64,000 nt of DNA from an uncultured Candidatus Bathyarchaeia archaeon (GTDB lineage Archaea > Thermoproteota > Bathyarchaeia > 40CM-2-53-6): contig CAYMZN010000001.1 of NCBI GenBank assembly GCA_964394935.1, positions 55,210-119,209 on the forward strand. The letters run 5' to 3'. The notes under the pieces were generated by a model, which was given only the letters and a program-made list of their open reading frames with translations, was not told the DNA's origin and searched no databases. This document shows positions 20,212-29,081 of this stretch, in pieces. Position 1 is the stretch's first letter, and each line of letters starts with the position of its first letter. A program made the translations under genes and the position numbers.

Positions 20212-21618
20212 CTATGAGCAGACTAGGATCCATTTGAGCGCGGCTTGGCGTTGATCGTATCGCGTTCGTGTCGGAGGATCCTTCGTCTCATTCCTCCAGC
20301 GTTTGTACTCGGCTCGTTTCTTGAGTAGGACCTCAAGTGAGGCGGGGACGATCCCCTGCCGGCGTTTACATATGCGGAAGCCAACCTCTGGAACACGGTT
20401 GGGCGAGTCGGGACAGCATTCGCAGTTTACGGTCTCACCGCTCAGGTTGTTCTTCGACATGATCGTCGGATACAGTGAAGAGAAGTCGACTTCGCCAACC
20501 CAATCGTGAACTCCAAACTTTGGCTCATAGACGAACCCGCCTCGGTCGGCTAGGAGAAGATTGTTTCCGTCCTTGAAGTCTTCAGGTTGAGACTTGTTCC
20601 AAGGAATCATTACTCCTCGCTTTATGGCGTGGTAGATCTGGAGCGACGACATGCTTGTTCCAATCGTACTACGCGAGGCACGTTGGAGTGGGATGATGCA
20701 TGTTCGGGCAACCTCTATGAGACCTTCGAGACCGCAGTCGGTGTCGATGAAGCTGTTGCTGTAGTCTAGGTGTAGTCGGCCCATTAGGCGGGCTGCGGTG
20801 CTACGGTAGTAGATTCTTCCGTAGCTGAAGTAGCTTCGGCCTGTGACCTCGAAGACCTGCAGCGGTGCATGCTCTCTGCCAAGTACAAGTTTGTGGAGTG
20901 CGACGTGTTCTTTGGCGCGTTGGGCTATGTACGGGAAGATGAAGAAGTCGCCGCCGTCGGTGCGTACAATATCTGGATCGAACTCGTTGACCGCCCTAAC
21001 AAGGCCTAGTAGTTTTTCGGCTTCCGAGCCTGAGTCGATCCGTCTTTCCTCATGCTCCATAGTGATGGTTATGGTGTCGATCGGGTCGTTCAGAGTCGGT
21101 ATACGCTTGCTCGTCTTCGTGCTGACGGTCAGCTTGGCGATCCTGAATGGTGGGACCTCATATTTTGTGGATTCGGATGAATCGAGAAGACGCCAAAATA
21201 CGTGGTCGTTGTGGGTTTCGGCTTCGACATAAGCTAATGGGAAGAGATCTTTCTGGTAGAGGTACATCTGTGATGATGGTATGTCAACATCATATGGTCT
21301 GTACTTGCCTCCGTAGGCTGCAAGCCGCTGGATTTTCTGTGCTAGTGCTGTAGCTTCACGGTCAGAGAAGACCTTGATCTCAAGAACCTTAGACAGTGAT
21401 GAATCGTTTGGCCTCTCGAACCTCTCAACGAAACTGTATCGGTCACTGAGTTCAGGCCGAGCGACAAGGCCCAGCAGGTCGGTGAAGTTCCCGGCGATGT
21501 GGATCCTCGGGGTCCACTCGTCTACAAGTCTTACGCATTCACCGTCGCGTTTCTTCAGCCAAATAACCATGCAGCCTGATTTTGGGTAGAGGTCGAAGAG
21601 CCAGCCTTCTGTCTTCAC
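20212..21618 (-). CDS. family-B DNA polymerase homolog (inactivated), N-terminal exonuclease + palm motif A fragment
   Basis: Motif A EVDFSSLYPTIM is intact. Exo I is DVD instead of DIE, and Exo II is DGGDFFIFPYI instead of NxxxFDxxY. The ORF ends inside motif B (YDQRQAALKWIL...stop). Confidence 0.75.
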   Translation of the reverse strand: MKTEGWLFDLYPKSGCMVIWLKKRDGECVRLVDEWTPRIHIAGNFTDLLGLVARPELSDRYSFVERFERPNDSSLSKVLEIKVFSDREATALAQKIQRLAAYGGKYRPYDVDIPSSQMYLYQKDLFPLAYVEAETHNDHVFWRLLDSSESTKYEVPPFRIAKLTVSTKTSKRIPTLNDPIDTITITMEHEERRIDSGSEAEKLLGLVRAVNEFDPDIVRTDGGDFFIFPYIAQRAKEHVALHKLVLGREHAPLQVFEVTGRSYFSYGRIYYRSTAARLMGRLHLDYSNSFIDTDCGLEGLIEVARTCIIPLQRASRSTIGTSMSSLQIYHAIKRGVMIPWNKSQPEDFKDGNNLLLADRGGFVYEPKFGVHDWVGEVDFSSLYPTIMSKNNLSGETVNCECCPDSPNRVPEVGFRICKRRQGIVPASLEVLLKKRAEYKRWRNETKDPPTRTRYDQRQAALKWILVCS

Positions 21619-21869
21619 TTCAGCTGCTCCTTCATTCGTCTTTCAAGTTCGGTGAGTCTCTTGTGATTCGCGAACAGCATCGAGAGCAGTAATGGGAACT
21701 CCTTCACCGATGAAGCGAGGACTCCGGCGGCTGAGGCGTAGAGCTTGCATTGGTTCATGAGGTCCTCGAAGATCGCCCGGTCCTCGACTCTGAGGAACTG
21801 TTTGAACTTGTTCATCTTCGCAAGTTCTTGCTCGACGACGATCCGCCAAGATGGGACGGTTCTCCCCAT
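21615..21869 (-). CDS. hypothetical small alpha-helical protein (84 aa)
   Basis: Its stop overlaps the polB homolog start by 4 bp (ATGA); it begins 5 bp after the RadB-like gene. Confidence 0.4.
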   Translation of the reverse strand: MGRTVPSWRIVVEQELAKMNKFKQFLRVEDRAIFEDLMNQCKLYASAAGVLASSVKEFPLLLSMLFANHKRLTELERRMKEQLK

Positions 21870-21873
21870 CCCC

Positions 21874-22899
21874 CTACCCCTCCACGTAATCTTCGAGGAA
21901 TCGGTCAGTATGGTCTTCTCGATGTGAGATCTTTCTGATCGGCAATGGTTTGTGATGTGCCAAGGTGAATCGTGTAAACGCGTCGCGGCCTTCGGCGATG
22001 ATTGTTGTGTGTGCGGTTTGTATGAGGGCTCCGTCGAATGGTTTGATGTCTTGGCGGAAACTTGTTGCGATCACACAAGAACCTGTGATTTCGGCGATCG
22101 CGGACAACGAACGTAGTACTCGTTGAAAGACACGATAGGCTTCCTGTCTATCTTTGATCTCCGGATCTTGGAAAAGCTCAGTTATGTCTGAGACGATTGC
22201 AAGTTTGGAGTTGTAACGTGCTAGGGCGCTGGACAGCTTTTCGGTCAGTAAAGATGCGAGCTGGAAGTACGTGAATGCACGGCTGATATGTACGCGGGAC
22301 AATGCGAGCTTAGGTTCGATTCCGTGTTCGATCGCATATTTGGATACGGCGTAGGCGTCGAAGCTGTTTCCACCATCGATACAGACCGTGTCTGAATTCA
22401 ATCCGATCGGATGGACAAGCTGAGCTCGGACACAGAGGAGCTCAGCCAGTGACCTTGAGAAAGGGTAACCTTGAAAGACCACAAACTGTCCCGTGGTCAA
22501 GTGGACAAGCTCGTCCAGTTTCTCGATCCCTGTAGTGAGTATCTGCTCCTCTGCGGCAAGACGAGCGTTCCGTGGCCTGATTGTCTCGAGAGGTTGGAGC
22601 GGCAACTCAGCGAGGAGCGCTGCTTTAAGGTATTTTGGGTTGACGTAGGTGGCTCTGGCATGGGGTAGCCGTGTGTGTTCGCAATGCATGACATCTTCTA
22701 AGCCAAACCCACAATCTGGGCAGACTCCATCGAACGCTGCTTGCACACCTTTGGCTTCTACAAAACGTCGTGAGATCAGCAAGACTTCGTCGCATAACCC
22801 ACAGTAGTAGACCCATGCTTCGACTTTACGGGTGTAGCATGATTGTTGTGCGAGCTCTTCGAGCTTCCACGTCTTTGCGGTATTGATCTGGAGTGTCAC
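21874..22899 (-). CDS. RadB-like RecA-fold protein with N-terminal zinc ribbon and degenerate Walker A (pseudo-ATPase)
   Basis: N-terminal CGLCDEV...CPDCGF. The core aligns to archaeal RadB (TTGIEKLDELV..GQFVVFQGYPFSRS..TVCIDGGNSFDAY..ALSRV). The P-loop GxxxxGKT is replaced by QGYPFSRS, so the lysine is absent. A Walker B-like IVSDITE is present. Confidence 0.6.
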   Translation of the reverse strand: MTLQINTAKTWKLEELAQQSCYTRKVEAWVYYCGLCDEVLLISRRFVEAKGVQAAFDGVCPDCGFGLEDVMHCEHTRLPHARATYVNPKYLKAALLAELPLQPLETIRPRNARLAAEEQILTTGIEKLDELVHLTTGQFVVFQGYPFSRSLAELLCVRAQLVHPIGLNSDTVCIDGGNSFDAYAVSKYAIEHGIEPKLALSRVHISRAFTYFQLASLLTEKLSSALARYNSKLAIVSDITELFQDPEIKDRQEAYRVFQRVLRSLSAIAEITGSCVIATSFRQDIKPFDGALIQTAHTTIIAEGRDAFTRFTLAHHKPLPIRKISHREDHTDRFLEDYVEG

Positions 22900-22935
22900 T
22901 ACAGAAACTATCTCCAGTCTTCGAGGCGGATTAGA

Positions 22936-25233
22936 TCAGTCTCCTCTTCGAAGCTTGGGCTGTGCGTCCTCGATCCCTTTTTCCGTGATCGCAAAGTATG
23001 TCTCCGATTCTGGAAGGCAAGGTGAGTCTATGATGCGGGCACAACGAAGATTGTTTGAAGCCTTCTTGATCATGATTCGATGGGTCGACGCATGAGCAAG
23101 GATGTTTCCTCCCGCTGGCCTAATGGGGTCTCCGAAGAAAGCTTGAGGGTTTGCTTGGACTTGGTTGGTCAAGACGACGACCAAGTTCAGCGCTTGGGCG
23201 ATCCGCGTGAGCTTGTGCAAATGTGCGTTGAGTTTCTGCTGACGCTCACTAAGATTCTCCCGGCCAATGTATTCGCTCCTGAAGTGTGAAAGCACTGAAT
23301 CAACTACGATGAGTTTGATGTTCTCTTCTTGACAGAGCTTGAAGGCGTGATCAACTGTGAGGATCTGATGATCACTATTGTAAGTGCGTGCGATGAAGAC
23401 TCCTTCAAGGATCTTGTCGGGGTCAAGTGACATCGCCTGCGCAATCTGATGGACGCGCTGAGGAGCAAATGTTCCTTCGCTGTCCAGAAAGAGGACTTTG
23501 CCGTTCAGCCCACCTTGCTGTAGTGGAAGCTGAGTCGTGATGCTGAGCTGCATGCAGATCTGGGAGTTGTGGGTTACGAATCCGTTGACGACGTAATTGT
23601 GGTGCGGATTGACTTCGTAGTCTACCATGTCCACAGGCTCATTCTTCACTTCGACCTTTAGGACCCGCTCCCAAGCTAGGTCGCTCTCGACCAACATGCC
23701 AAGCCTATCTATGATCTGTTGGGCTTCATCTTCGGAGGTGAATCCAGCCTGCTTCATTTGGGCTGTGAATACGCGTATGTTTTGGACGAGTTCTCGGAGG
23801 GTGGTTCGGGTCGGATGCGCTTGACTGGATTGGGCGAGGTAGTTCCTCACCCATCGTCGCCATGCCGGGTTGTCGGAGTTGAAGCCTAAGAGCTTGCCTA
23901 GTCTGTTGAAGGTTGCCATCGGAACGGGAATGATATCAGCTGAGAGGTTCCTTCGTTCGAGACGCCAGTTACGGAATTTGTCGAGGTTGAGGGACCTATC
24001 AGATCCTATCTCAGAAGCGAACCTATAGGCATACTCGCCACTTATCGCTAGAGAGCGGCGTCGCATCCTTGAGTAGATTCCAAGTTTCAGTAGCAGGAAG
24101 CGTAGCTGCTCAAGGAGCGGCTTGTGAACCGAGTAGATCTCGATCTTAGGCGCCTCTTCTTCGGCCCAGCCATCGCCGTCAAAGTATGCTCGAAGTAACC
24201 ATTTGGTTTCTTCAGCGCCTAGACACATTGCTTGTTGCGGCAGAAGCTTTCTGGCGGTCTTGCCCGCCCCAGACACTTTCAGCGTCGGCATGAGCCTTAG
24301 AAGCCATTCTCCTATCTGCACCGAGGAAACGATTAGGTCATTAGGGTGACTCGGTGGCGCGTGCGGCGCGACCCCAAAGGTCTTCTCAAAACACTCGATG
24401 TAAGATCTTTGCAGATCTTCGTCAGTGTTAGTGAAGACTATTGAGCATGACTTCTCCCGCCAATCGATGTAGCCTTCGCTCGCGAGATAACCTATCAACT
24501 TGGCCAATTGGACCGTGCTCTTCTTTGGAAAAATATACTGTCTGCCGTGTTCCAATGAGGGAGTCGGTAAGTCATAGGATTCCTCGACGATTGGCAACCT
24601 TCGAACGACAGCTAGCCACCGCTTCTCCTTCAGATCCTCGGCCTGAATTTCTTCTAACTGCGCCTCGTCATTCAATGTGTAGAACCGGTGTTGGGGGCTA
24701 CAAGTGATCTTGAATCCGCCTGAGGCTTGGATTGCGAACTGCTGCGGTACATTCTGTACGAACTTCCTCACGGGTTTGCCATGAGTGATGTGCTTCATAG
24801 GATCGATCTCGAAAGGTGAATCTGTCATAGAAAGCTCGGAAGCCATCCTCAGGCCACCAGTAGTAGCGATCATGGAATCCTTAGCAACGCATTTGCCGGC
24901 TCCGAATTCTCCTATGAATTCGGTGATGGCTTGAGTTTCAAGACCTCCGCCAAGTAGCTTATTCAGGTTCTCGGAGCCTGTGCTTAGGCGGAGCAGAGAT
25001 TGGCGTCTATCGTAGAGCTGTTTTGCTGTTAGAAGGTCTACATGAATGATTTGACGTGCAGCGCGTACAATCTTGATCGCCGCAGAGGATTCCAACCCTG
25101 CCTTGTCGACGAGTTCCCTGATCGGCGCTACTGCTATCGCTTCGATGGAGTCGAAGCCAGCTTCCTTGAGCTTATTTGCGGTTACTGGGCCGACGCCTTC
25201 TAGGTCCTGAATGTCCTCTAATGTGTGAGACAA
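22936..25233 (-). CDS. radA: DNA repair and recombination protein RadA, containing an intein with LAGLIDADG motifs in the P-loop
   Basis: Exteins total 323 aa: an HhH N-domain, GEFGAGK|...|SQICMQL, Walker B IVVDSV, and a C-terminal ITEKGI. A 442-aa insertion begins with Cys and ends with HN, followed by a Ser at the +1 position. Confidence 0.9.
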   Translation of the reverse strand: MSHTLEDIQDLEGVGPVTANKLKEAGFDSIEAIAVAPIRELVDKAGLESSAAIKIVRAARQIIHVDLLTAKQLYDRRQSLLRLSTGSENLNKLLGGGLETQAITEFIGEFGAGKCVAKDSMIATTGGLRMASELSMTDSPFEIDPMKHITHGKPVRKFVQNVPQQFAIQASGGFKITCSPQHRFYTLNDEAQLEEIQAEDLKEKRWLAVVRRLPIVEESYDLPTPSLEHGRQYIFPKKSTVQLAKLIGYLASEGYIDWREKSCSIVFTNTDEDLQRSYIECFEKTFGVAPHAPPSHPNDLIVSSVQIGEWLLRLMPTLKVSGAGKTARKLLPQQAMCLGAEETKWLLRAYFDGDGWAEEEAPKIEIYSVHKPLLEQLRFLLLKLGIYSRMRRRSLAISGEYAYRFASEIGSDRSLNLDKFRNWRLERRNLSADIIPVPMATFNRLGKLLGFNSDNPAWRRWVRNYLAQSSQAHPTRTTLRELVQNIRVFTAQMKQAGFTSEDEAQQIIDRLGMLVESDLAWERVLKVEVKNEPVDMVDYEVNPHHNYVVNGFVTHNSQICMQLSITTQLPLQQGGLNGKVLFLDSEGTFAPQRVHQIAQAMSLDPDKILEGVFIARTYNSDHQILTVDHAFKLCQEENIKLIVVDSVLSHFRSEYIGRENLSERQQKLNAHLHKLTRIAQALNLVVVLTNQVQANPQAFFGDPIRPAGGNILAHASTHRIMIKKASNNLRCARIIDSPCLPESETYFAITEKGIEDAQPKLRRGD
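23566..24891 (-). mobile_element. RadA intein (Hint domain + LAGLIDADG motifs) inserted at the Walker A P-loop
   Basis: Starts CVAKDSM immediately after GAGK and ends VTHN before SQ. Two LAGLIDADG-type motifs (KLIGYLASEGYID, LRAYFDGDGWAE). Confidence 0.8.
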
Positions 25234-25254
25234 GTGTAATCGAATTGAACGCCA

Positions 25255-25683
25255 TCAAGTTTTGAGGATAAGCAATGAGGCGGACGAAAGTGTATGGAGA
25301 GACTCATGAAAGTTATTCTTTAACGAGCAGCCCGGAGGGCGCGCTTTCCAGAAGACAGTCGAAGACTGTTTCCCTTGCAATAGGCTCTGAGTCTCCTCTG
25401 GAGTGAGGGTCTTCTCGATTCCCAATCTGCAATGCCAATCATAGAGGCAATGCCTAACCAGCTTCACTATCTTGCCTCTGAGATGCGACGGAACCACTTC
25501 CTTGGGAGTTCGTTTCGAGAAACGTGTAGCCTCGAGAGTGAAAATGCACTTCTCCCATGTCTCGCCGTCTCTTGCTACGGTCTCGCCGGTCTTCTCAACC
25601 GCAACGACTCTTCCTTTCAGTCTTCGGCCGCTGGCAGTCAGGGAACTCACTTGGGATACTTCTTGGCTGCCCATTGTTTGCAT
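25255..25683 (-). CDS. hypothetical protein
   Basis: ORF 22 bp upstream of radA; overlaps the corrinoid-protein gene 3' end by 37 bp. No motif recognised. Confidence 0.25.
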   Translation of the reverse strand: MQTMGSQEVSQVSSLTASGRRLKGRVVAVEKTGETVARDGETWEKCIFTLEATRFSKRTPKEVVPSHLRGKIVKLVRHCLYDWHCRLGIEKTLTPEETQSLLQGKQSSTVFWKARPPGCSLKNNFHESLHTLSSASLLILKT

Positions 25684-26324
25684 ACGTTTGCTCCTTCTAC
25701 GGCATCTCTGCCGTAGCCGTCGGCGCCCATTGATTCTGCAATCTCCATGTTGAGGGGGGCACCTCCGACCAGTGTCTTCGAGCCAATCTGAGCCTTCCGA
25801 ATTGCGTCTATTACTTCGCTCATGTGCGGAAAGGTCGTCGATAGCAATGCTGACATTGCGACTACGTCAGCTGAGACCTCTTTTGTTTTCGCCAAGAAAC
25901 GGTCAGCAGTGACATCGACTCCTAGGTCATGAATTTCAAATCCTGACGCTTCCACCATGCTTGCGACTATATTCTTTCCGATGTCGTGTAGGTCGCCTTC
26001 AACAGTTCCTATGACGATACGACCCTGGGCGGCAATCTCCGACGGTTTCAGATGCGCACCGAAGATCTTCATGCCTTCTTTGAAGGTCTCGCCTGCCATC
26101 ACCAACTCTGGAAGGAAGAACTCCCCCGCTTGATACTTTTGGCCGACAACCTCCATACCCTTCGCCATGCCGTTGATGACGCCCTCGTACGCGCTGACTC
26201 CTTCCTTGAGCGCCCTCTCAGCGAGAGGCTTGATGTTATCTATGTCGAACCTTACGATCGCCTCTCTCAGATTTTCAAGCATGTCTTCCCTGGTCACGCG
26301 AAGACCCTCCGGAGGCCTAGACAT
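25647..26324 (-). CDS. cobalamin-binding corrinoid protein (methyltransferase-cognate, MtmC/MtbC/MttC-like)
   Basis: N-terminal B12-binding-2 helical domain plus a Rossmann B12-binding domain with the DxHxxG motif (GDLHDIGKNIV) and SALLSTT. Confidence 0.75.
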   Translation of the reverse strand: MSRPPEGLRVTREDMLENLREAIVRFDIDNIKPLAERALKEGVSAYEGVINGMAKGMEVVGQKYQAGEFFLPELVMAGETFKEGMKIFGAHLKPSEIAAQGRIVIGTVEGDLHDIGKNIVASMVEASGFEIHDLGVDVTADRFLAKTKEVSADVVAMSALLSTTFPHMSEVIDAIRKAQIGSKTLVGGAPLNMEIAESMGADGYGRDAVEGANVCKQWAAKKYPK

Positions 26325-26509
26325 TCCCTGACACGTTAGTAAAGATTTACCGGAAATCGGCTAGCTGTGAAGCTGCGGCCGGGTCTAATTCCGTCACATT
26401 GTTGAGAAGTGGTATGGCATGACCCGGCGAGCTAAGGTTCCAAATTCTTATTTCCTTGACCTCTGAAGTTGGGAACCTCTGAACGGCTCGGCAAGGAAGT
26501 CATGCATAA

Positions 26510-27277
26510 ATGAGCATGGAAGTCTTTCTAGAGAACAACAGAGGAATCCTCCTCGCTTACGACCAGGGGCTTGAGCACGGTCCTACGGATTTCAATGAAC
26601 AGAATGTTGATCCAGCGTTCATCATGGAACTCGCCGCTGCTGGCCGATTCAAGGGGGTAGTATTCCAGAAGGGGATAGCTGAGAAATATTATGATGGTCG
26701 AGTGCCGCTAATCCTGAAAGTCAATGGGAAGACGACTCTTGTGAAGGGGGAACCGCTGGCTCGGCAGAATTGCAGTGTGCAGCGGGCCTGTGAAATTGGT
26801 GCGAAAGCGGTCGGATACACGATCTATGCAGGCAGCGCTCATGAGAGCATCATGCTCGAAGAATTCGGAAGGATTCAAGAGGAAGCTCACAAGCTCGAGA
26901 TGGCCGCGATCGCTTGGGTCTATCCCCGTGGAGAGGCCATCAAGAACGACACAGCTCCCGAGATTGTTGCGTACGCAGCAAGGACTGGGCTCGAGGTCGG
27001 TGCAGATGCTGTCAAGATCAAGTACACAGGCGATGTTCAATCATTCAAGTGGGCGGTGAGGTCTGCTGGTAAGACAAGAGTCTTCATGTCAGGCGGACCA
27101 AAGGCTCCCACGGAAGTTGACTTCCTAGGACAGGTTAGAGGAGCAATGGATGCGGGTGCAACCGGCCTGGCAGTGGGTCGCAACGTGTGGCAGAGTTCAG
27201 ATCCCCTTAGAATGGCGCGCACTTTGCGAAGTCTTGTGATCGAAGACCGCTCAGTGGAGGAGACGCTTCGGACTTGA
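26510..27277 (+). CDS. fba: class I fructose-bisphosphate aldolase, archaeal type (DhnA family)
   Basis: 255 aa in a DhnA-type aldolase pattern (LILKVNGKT, AVGYTIYAGS, KIKYTGD). Confidence 0.75.
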   Translation: MSMEVFLENNRGILLAYDQGLEHGPTDFNEQNVDPAFIMELAAAGRFKGVVFQKGIAEKYYDGRVPLILKVNGKTTLVKGEPLARQNCSVQRACEIGAKAVGYTIYAGSAHESIMLEEFGRIQEEAHKLEMAAIAWVYPRGEAIKNDTAPEIVAYAARTGLEVGADAVKIKYTGDVQSFKWAVRSAGKTRVFMSGGPKAPTEVDFLGQVRGAMDAGATGLAVGRNVWQSSDPLRMARTLRSLVIEDRSVEETLRT

Positions 27278-28296
27278 AGATCGGGATGTTGAATGGCGGC
27301 GGCGACTGCGCGGGTCTAAACGCGGTCACTAGGGCGGTTGTGAGAAAGAGCGATGAGTTGGGGTACGAGGTAATCGGCATCAAACATGGCTGGGCCGGAC
27401 TACTCAACCTCGCAACTGTCCCCCTAAGATGGACCGAGGTGTCTGACATCATCAAAGTTGGCGGGACCATCCTGCACACTACGAGGACGAACCCGTTCAG
27501 CCGGAAGGAGGGACCTGAGACGGTCCTCGCAAACGCGAAGAAACTTGGTTTGGATGCCCTCATAGCCGTGGGCGGGGAAGACACGCTCAGTGTTGCCGCA
27601 AAGCTCGCACAGATGGGATTGAAAGTTATTGGCGTTCCAAAGACAATCGACAACGACATAGTCGGAACTGATGTCACATTTGGATTTGACTCAGCTGTCA
27701 ACGTGACTGTCGACGCAATAGACAGAATTCAGACCACCGGCGAGTCGCATGACAGAATAATGATCGTTGAAGTGATGGGTCGACACGCGGGATGGATTGC
27801 TGCGCATGCAGGGATAGCGAGCGGTGCAAATCTCATCCTTGTGCCTGAGCAGCCGTTCGATTTGGAGGAGGTCTCAGCCTTTCTCAAGGGGAGGCATGAG
27901 TCAGGCGCTACGGCTTCCGTGGTCGTTGTCGGTGAGGGGTGCAGTTTGAAAGGCTCCCCTCCCGGCGATCCGACGAAGGTGGATGAATTCGGCCACGTCC
28001 GCCTAGGAGGAATCGGAGACCTCCTGGCGAAGGAGATCGAGCGACGCACTGGAATCGAAACGCGCGCAGTGGTGTTAGGTCATGTGGTAAGAGGCGGCGC
28101 GCCATCAGCCTATGACCGCGTGCTTGCCACTCGCCTTGGGGTCGCTGCTGTGCAAGCAGTGAAGAATCGAGAATTTGGAGTGATGGTGTGCCTTCGAGGC
28201 AACATGATCTCCAAAGTTCCGTTAAGTGACATACTGGGCAAAATGAAGAATCTCGACGGAGAAACATTGTCTCTTGTGAAGGAGTTCTGCGCATAA
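27274..28296 (+). CDS. pfk: 6-phosphofructokinase (PfkA family, ATP- or PPi-dependent)
   Basis: MKIGMLNGGGDCAGLNA, AVGGEDT, MGRHAGWIA. A TTG start overlaps the fba TGA stop (TTGA). Confidence 0.85.
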   Translation: MKIGMLNGGGDCAGLNAVTRAVVRKSDELGYEVIGIKHGWAGLLNLATVPLRWTEVSDIIKVGGTILHTTRTNPFSRKEGPETVLANAKKLGLDALIAVGGEDTLSVAAKLAQMGLKVIGVPKTIDNDIVGTDVTFGFDSAVNVTVDAIDRIQTTGESHDRIMIVEVMGRHAGWIAAHAGIASGANLILVPEQPFDLEEVSAFLKGRHESGATASVVVVGEGCSLKGSPPGDPTKVDEFGHVRLGGIGDLLAKEIERRTGIETRAVVLGHVVRGGAPSAYDRVLATRLGVAAVQAVKNREFGVMVCLRGNMISKVPLSDILGKMKNLDGETLSLVKEFCA

Positions 28297-28327
28297 CCGG
28301 GGAGACTGCTGCTACTGAGGCTGTATC

Positions 28328-28888
28328 TTGCCGCTTTGGAACCTTGTGCTCACAGGGTACCCGAGTTCAGGCAAGACGCTTCTGGCTAGGAGACTCGTGC
28401 AAGACAATCCAAGCTTCGTGAGAATTAGCGGTGACGACCTGCGCACAATGTTCTTCGATGAGCCGGCTTCTTCACGTGATGAGGATCTACTGTACTCGAC
28501 ACTAGCACTTGTGCGAGATGAGCTACTTAGACGCCACCACAACGTTGTAATCGACACGACTGCTCCAACAAATCAAACGCGCTCCTTTTTGATGCGCACC
28601 AAAGCTCCGAACGTCAATAGCTTGCTAATCGTGGTTGTGGCAAGCAGAGAATCCCTTCTCGAAAGAACACACGTAAAAGGCCACTTTGGGGCAGTTGAAG
28701 CTTGGGATAGGTCTTGGGAACCTCCTGCCAAGGGGGTTCCAACTTTGAAGTTTAGAAGCGACAACTTGGAAGAGTTTAACACAAACTACTACGTGCTCAC
28801 AGAACTTCTCAACAGCAGAATTCACCCGTTCCGAAAGCGGTTCCTCTCAAACCTCTTTCCCAGACTTAAGGGCCAGATCCCCAGATAA
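28328..28888 (+). CDS. P-loop kinase / AAA-domain ATP-binding protein
   Basis: Walker A LTGYPSSGKT at residue 7; about 186 aa; resembles small nucleotide-kinase-like proteins. Apparent TTG start. Confidence 0.5.
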   Translation: MPLWNLVLTGYPSSGKTLLARRLVQDNPSFVRISGDDLRTMFFDEPASSRDEDLLYSTLALVRDELLRRHHNVVIDTTAPTNQTRSFLMRTKAPNVNSLLIVVVASRESLLERTHVKGHFGAVEAWDRSWEPPAKGVPTLKFRSDNLEEFNTNYYVLTELLNSRIHPFRKRFLSNLFPRLKGQIPR

Positions 28889-29081
28889 ACATGATACAGA
28901 TTGGGATGACCATCTACGACTATGCCAAGACTTCGCTCTATCGGGTCTACGATTTACTCAAGCGTGAAGCGCAACGACTCAACGTAGCAATCGTAACCTT
29001 GGAATTCAATGGAATTCCTCCGCTTTGGGCTGCACTCGAAACAGCGGTATGCAAGAAGCTGCAGGTCGAGTGGCGGTGGAA

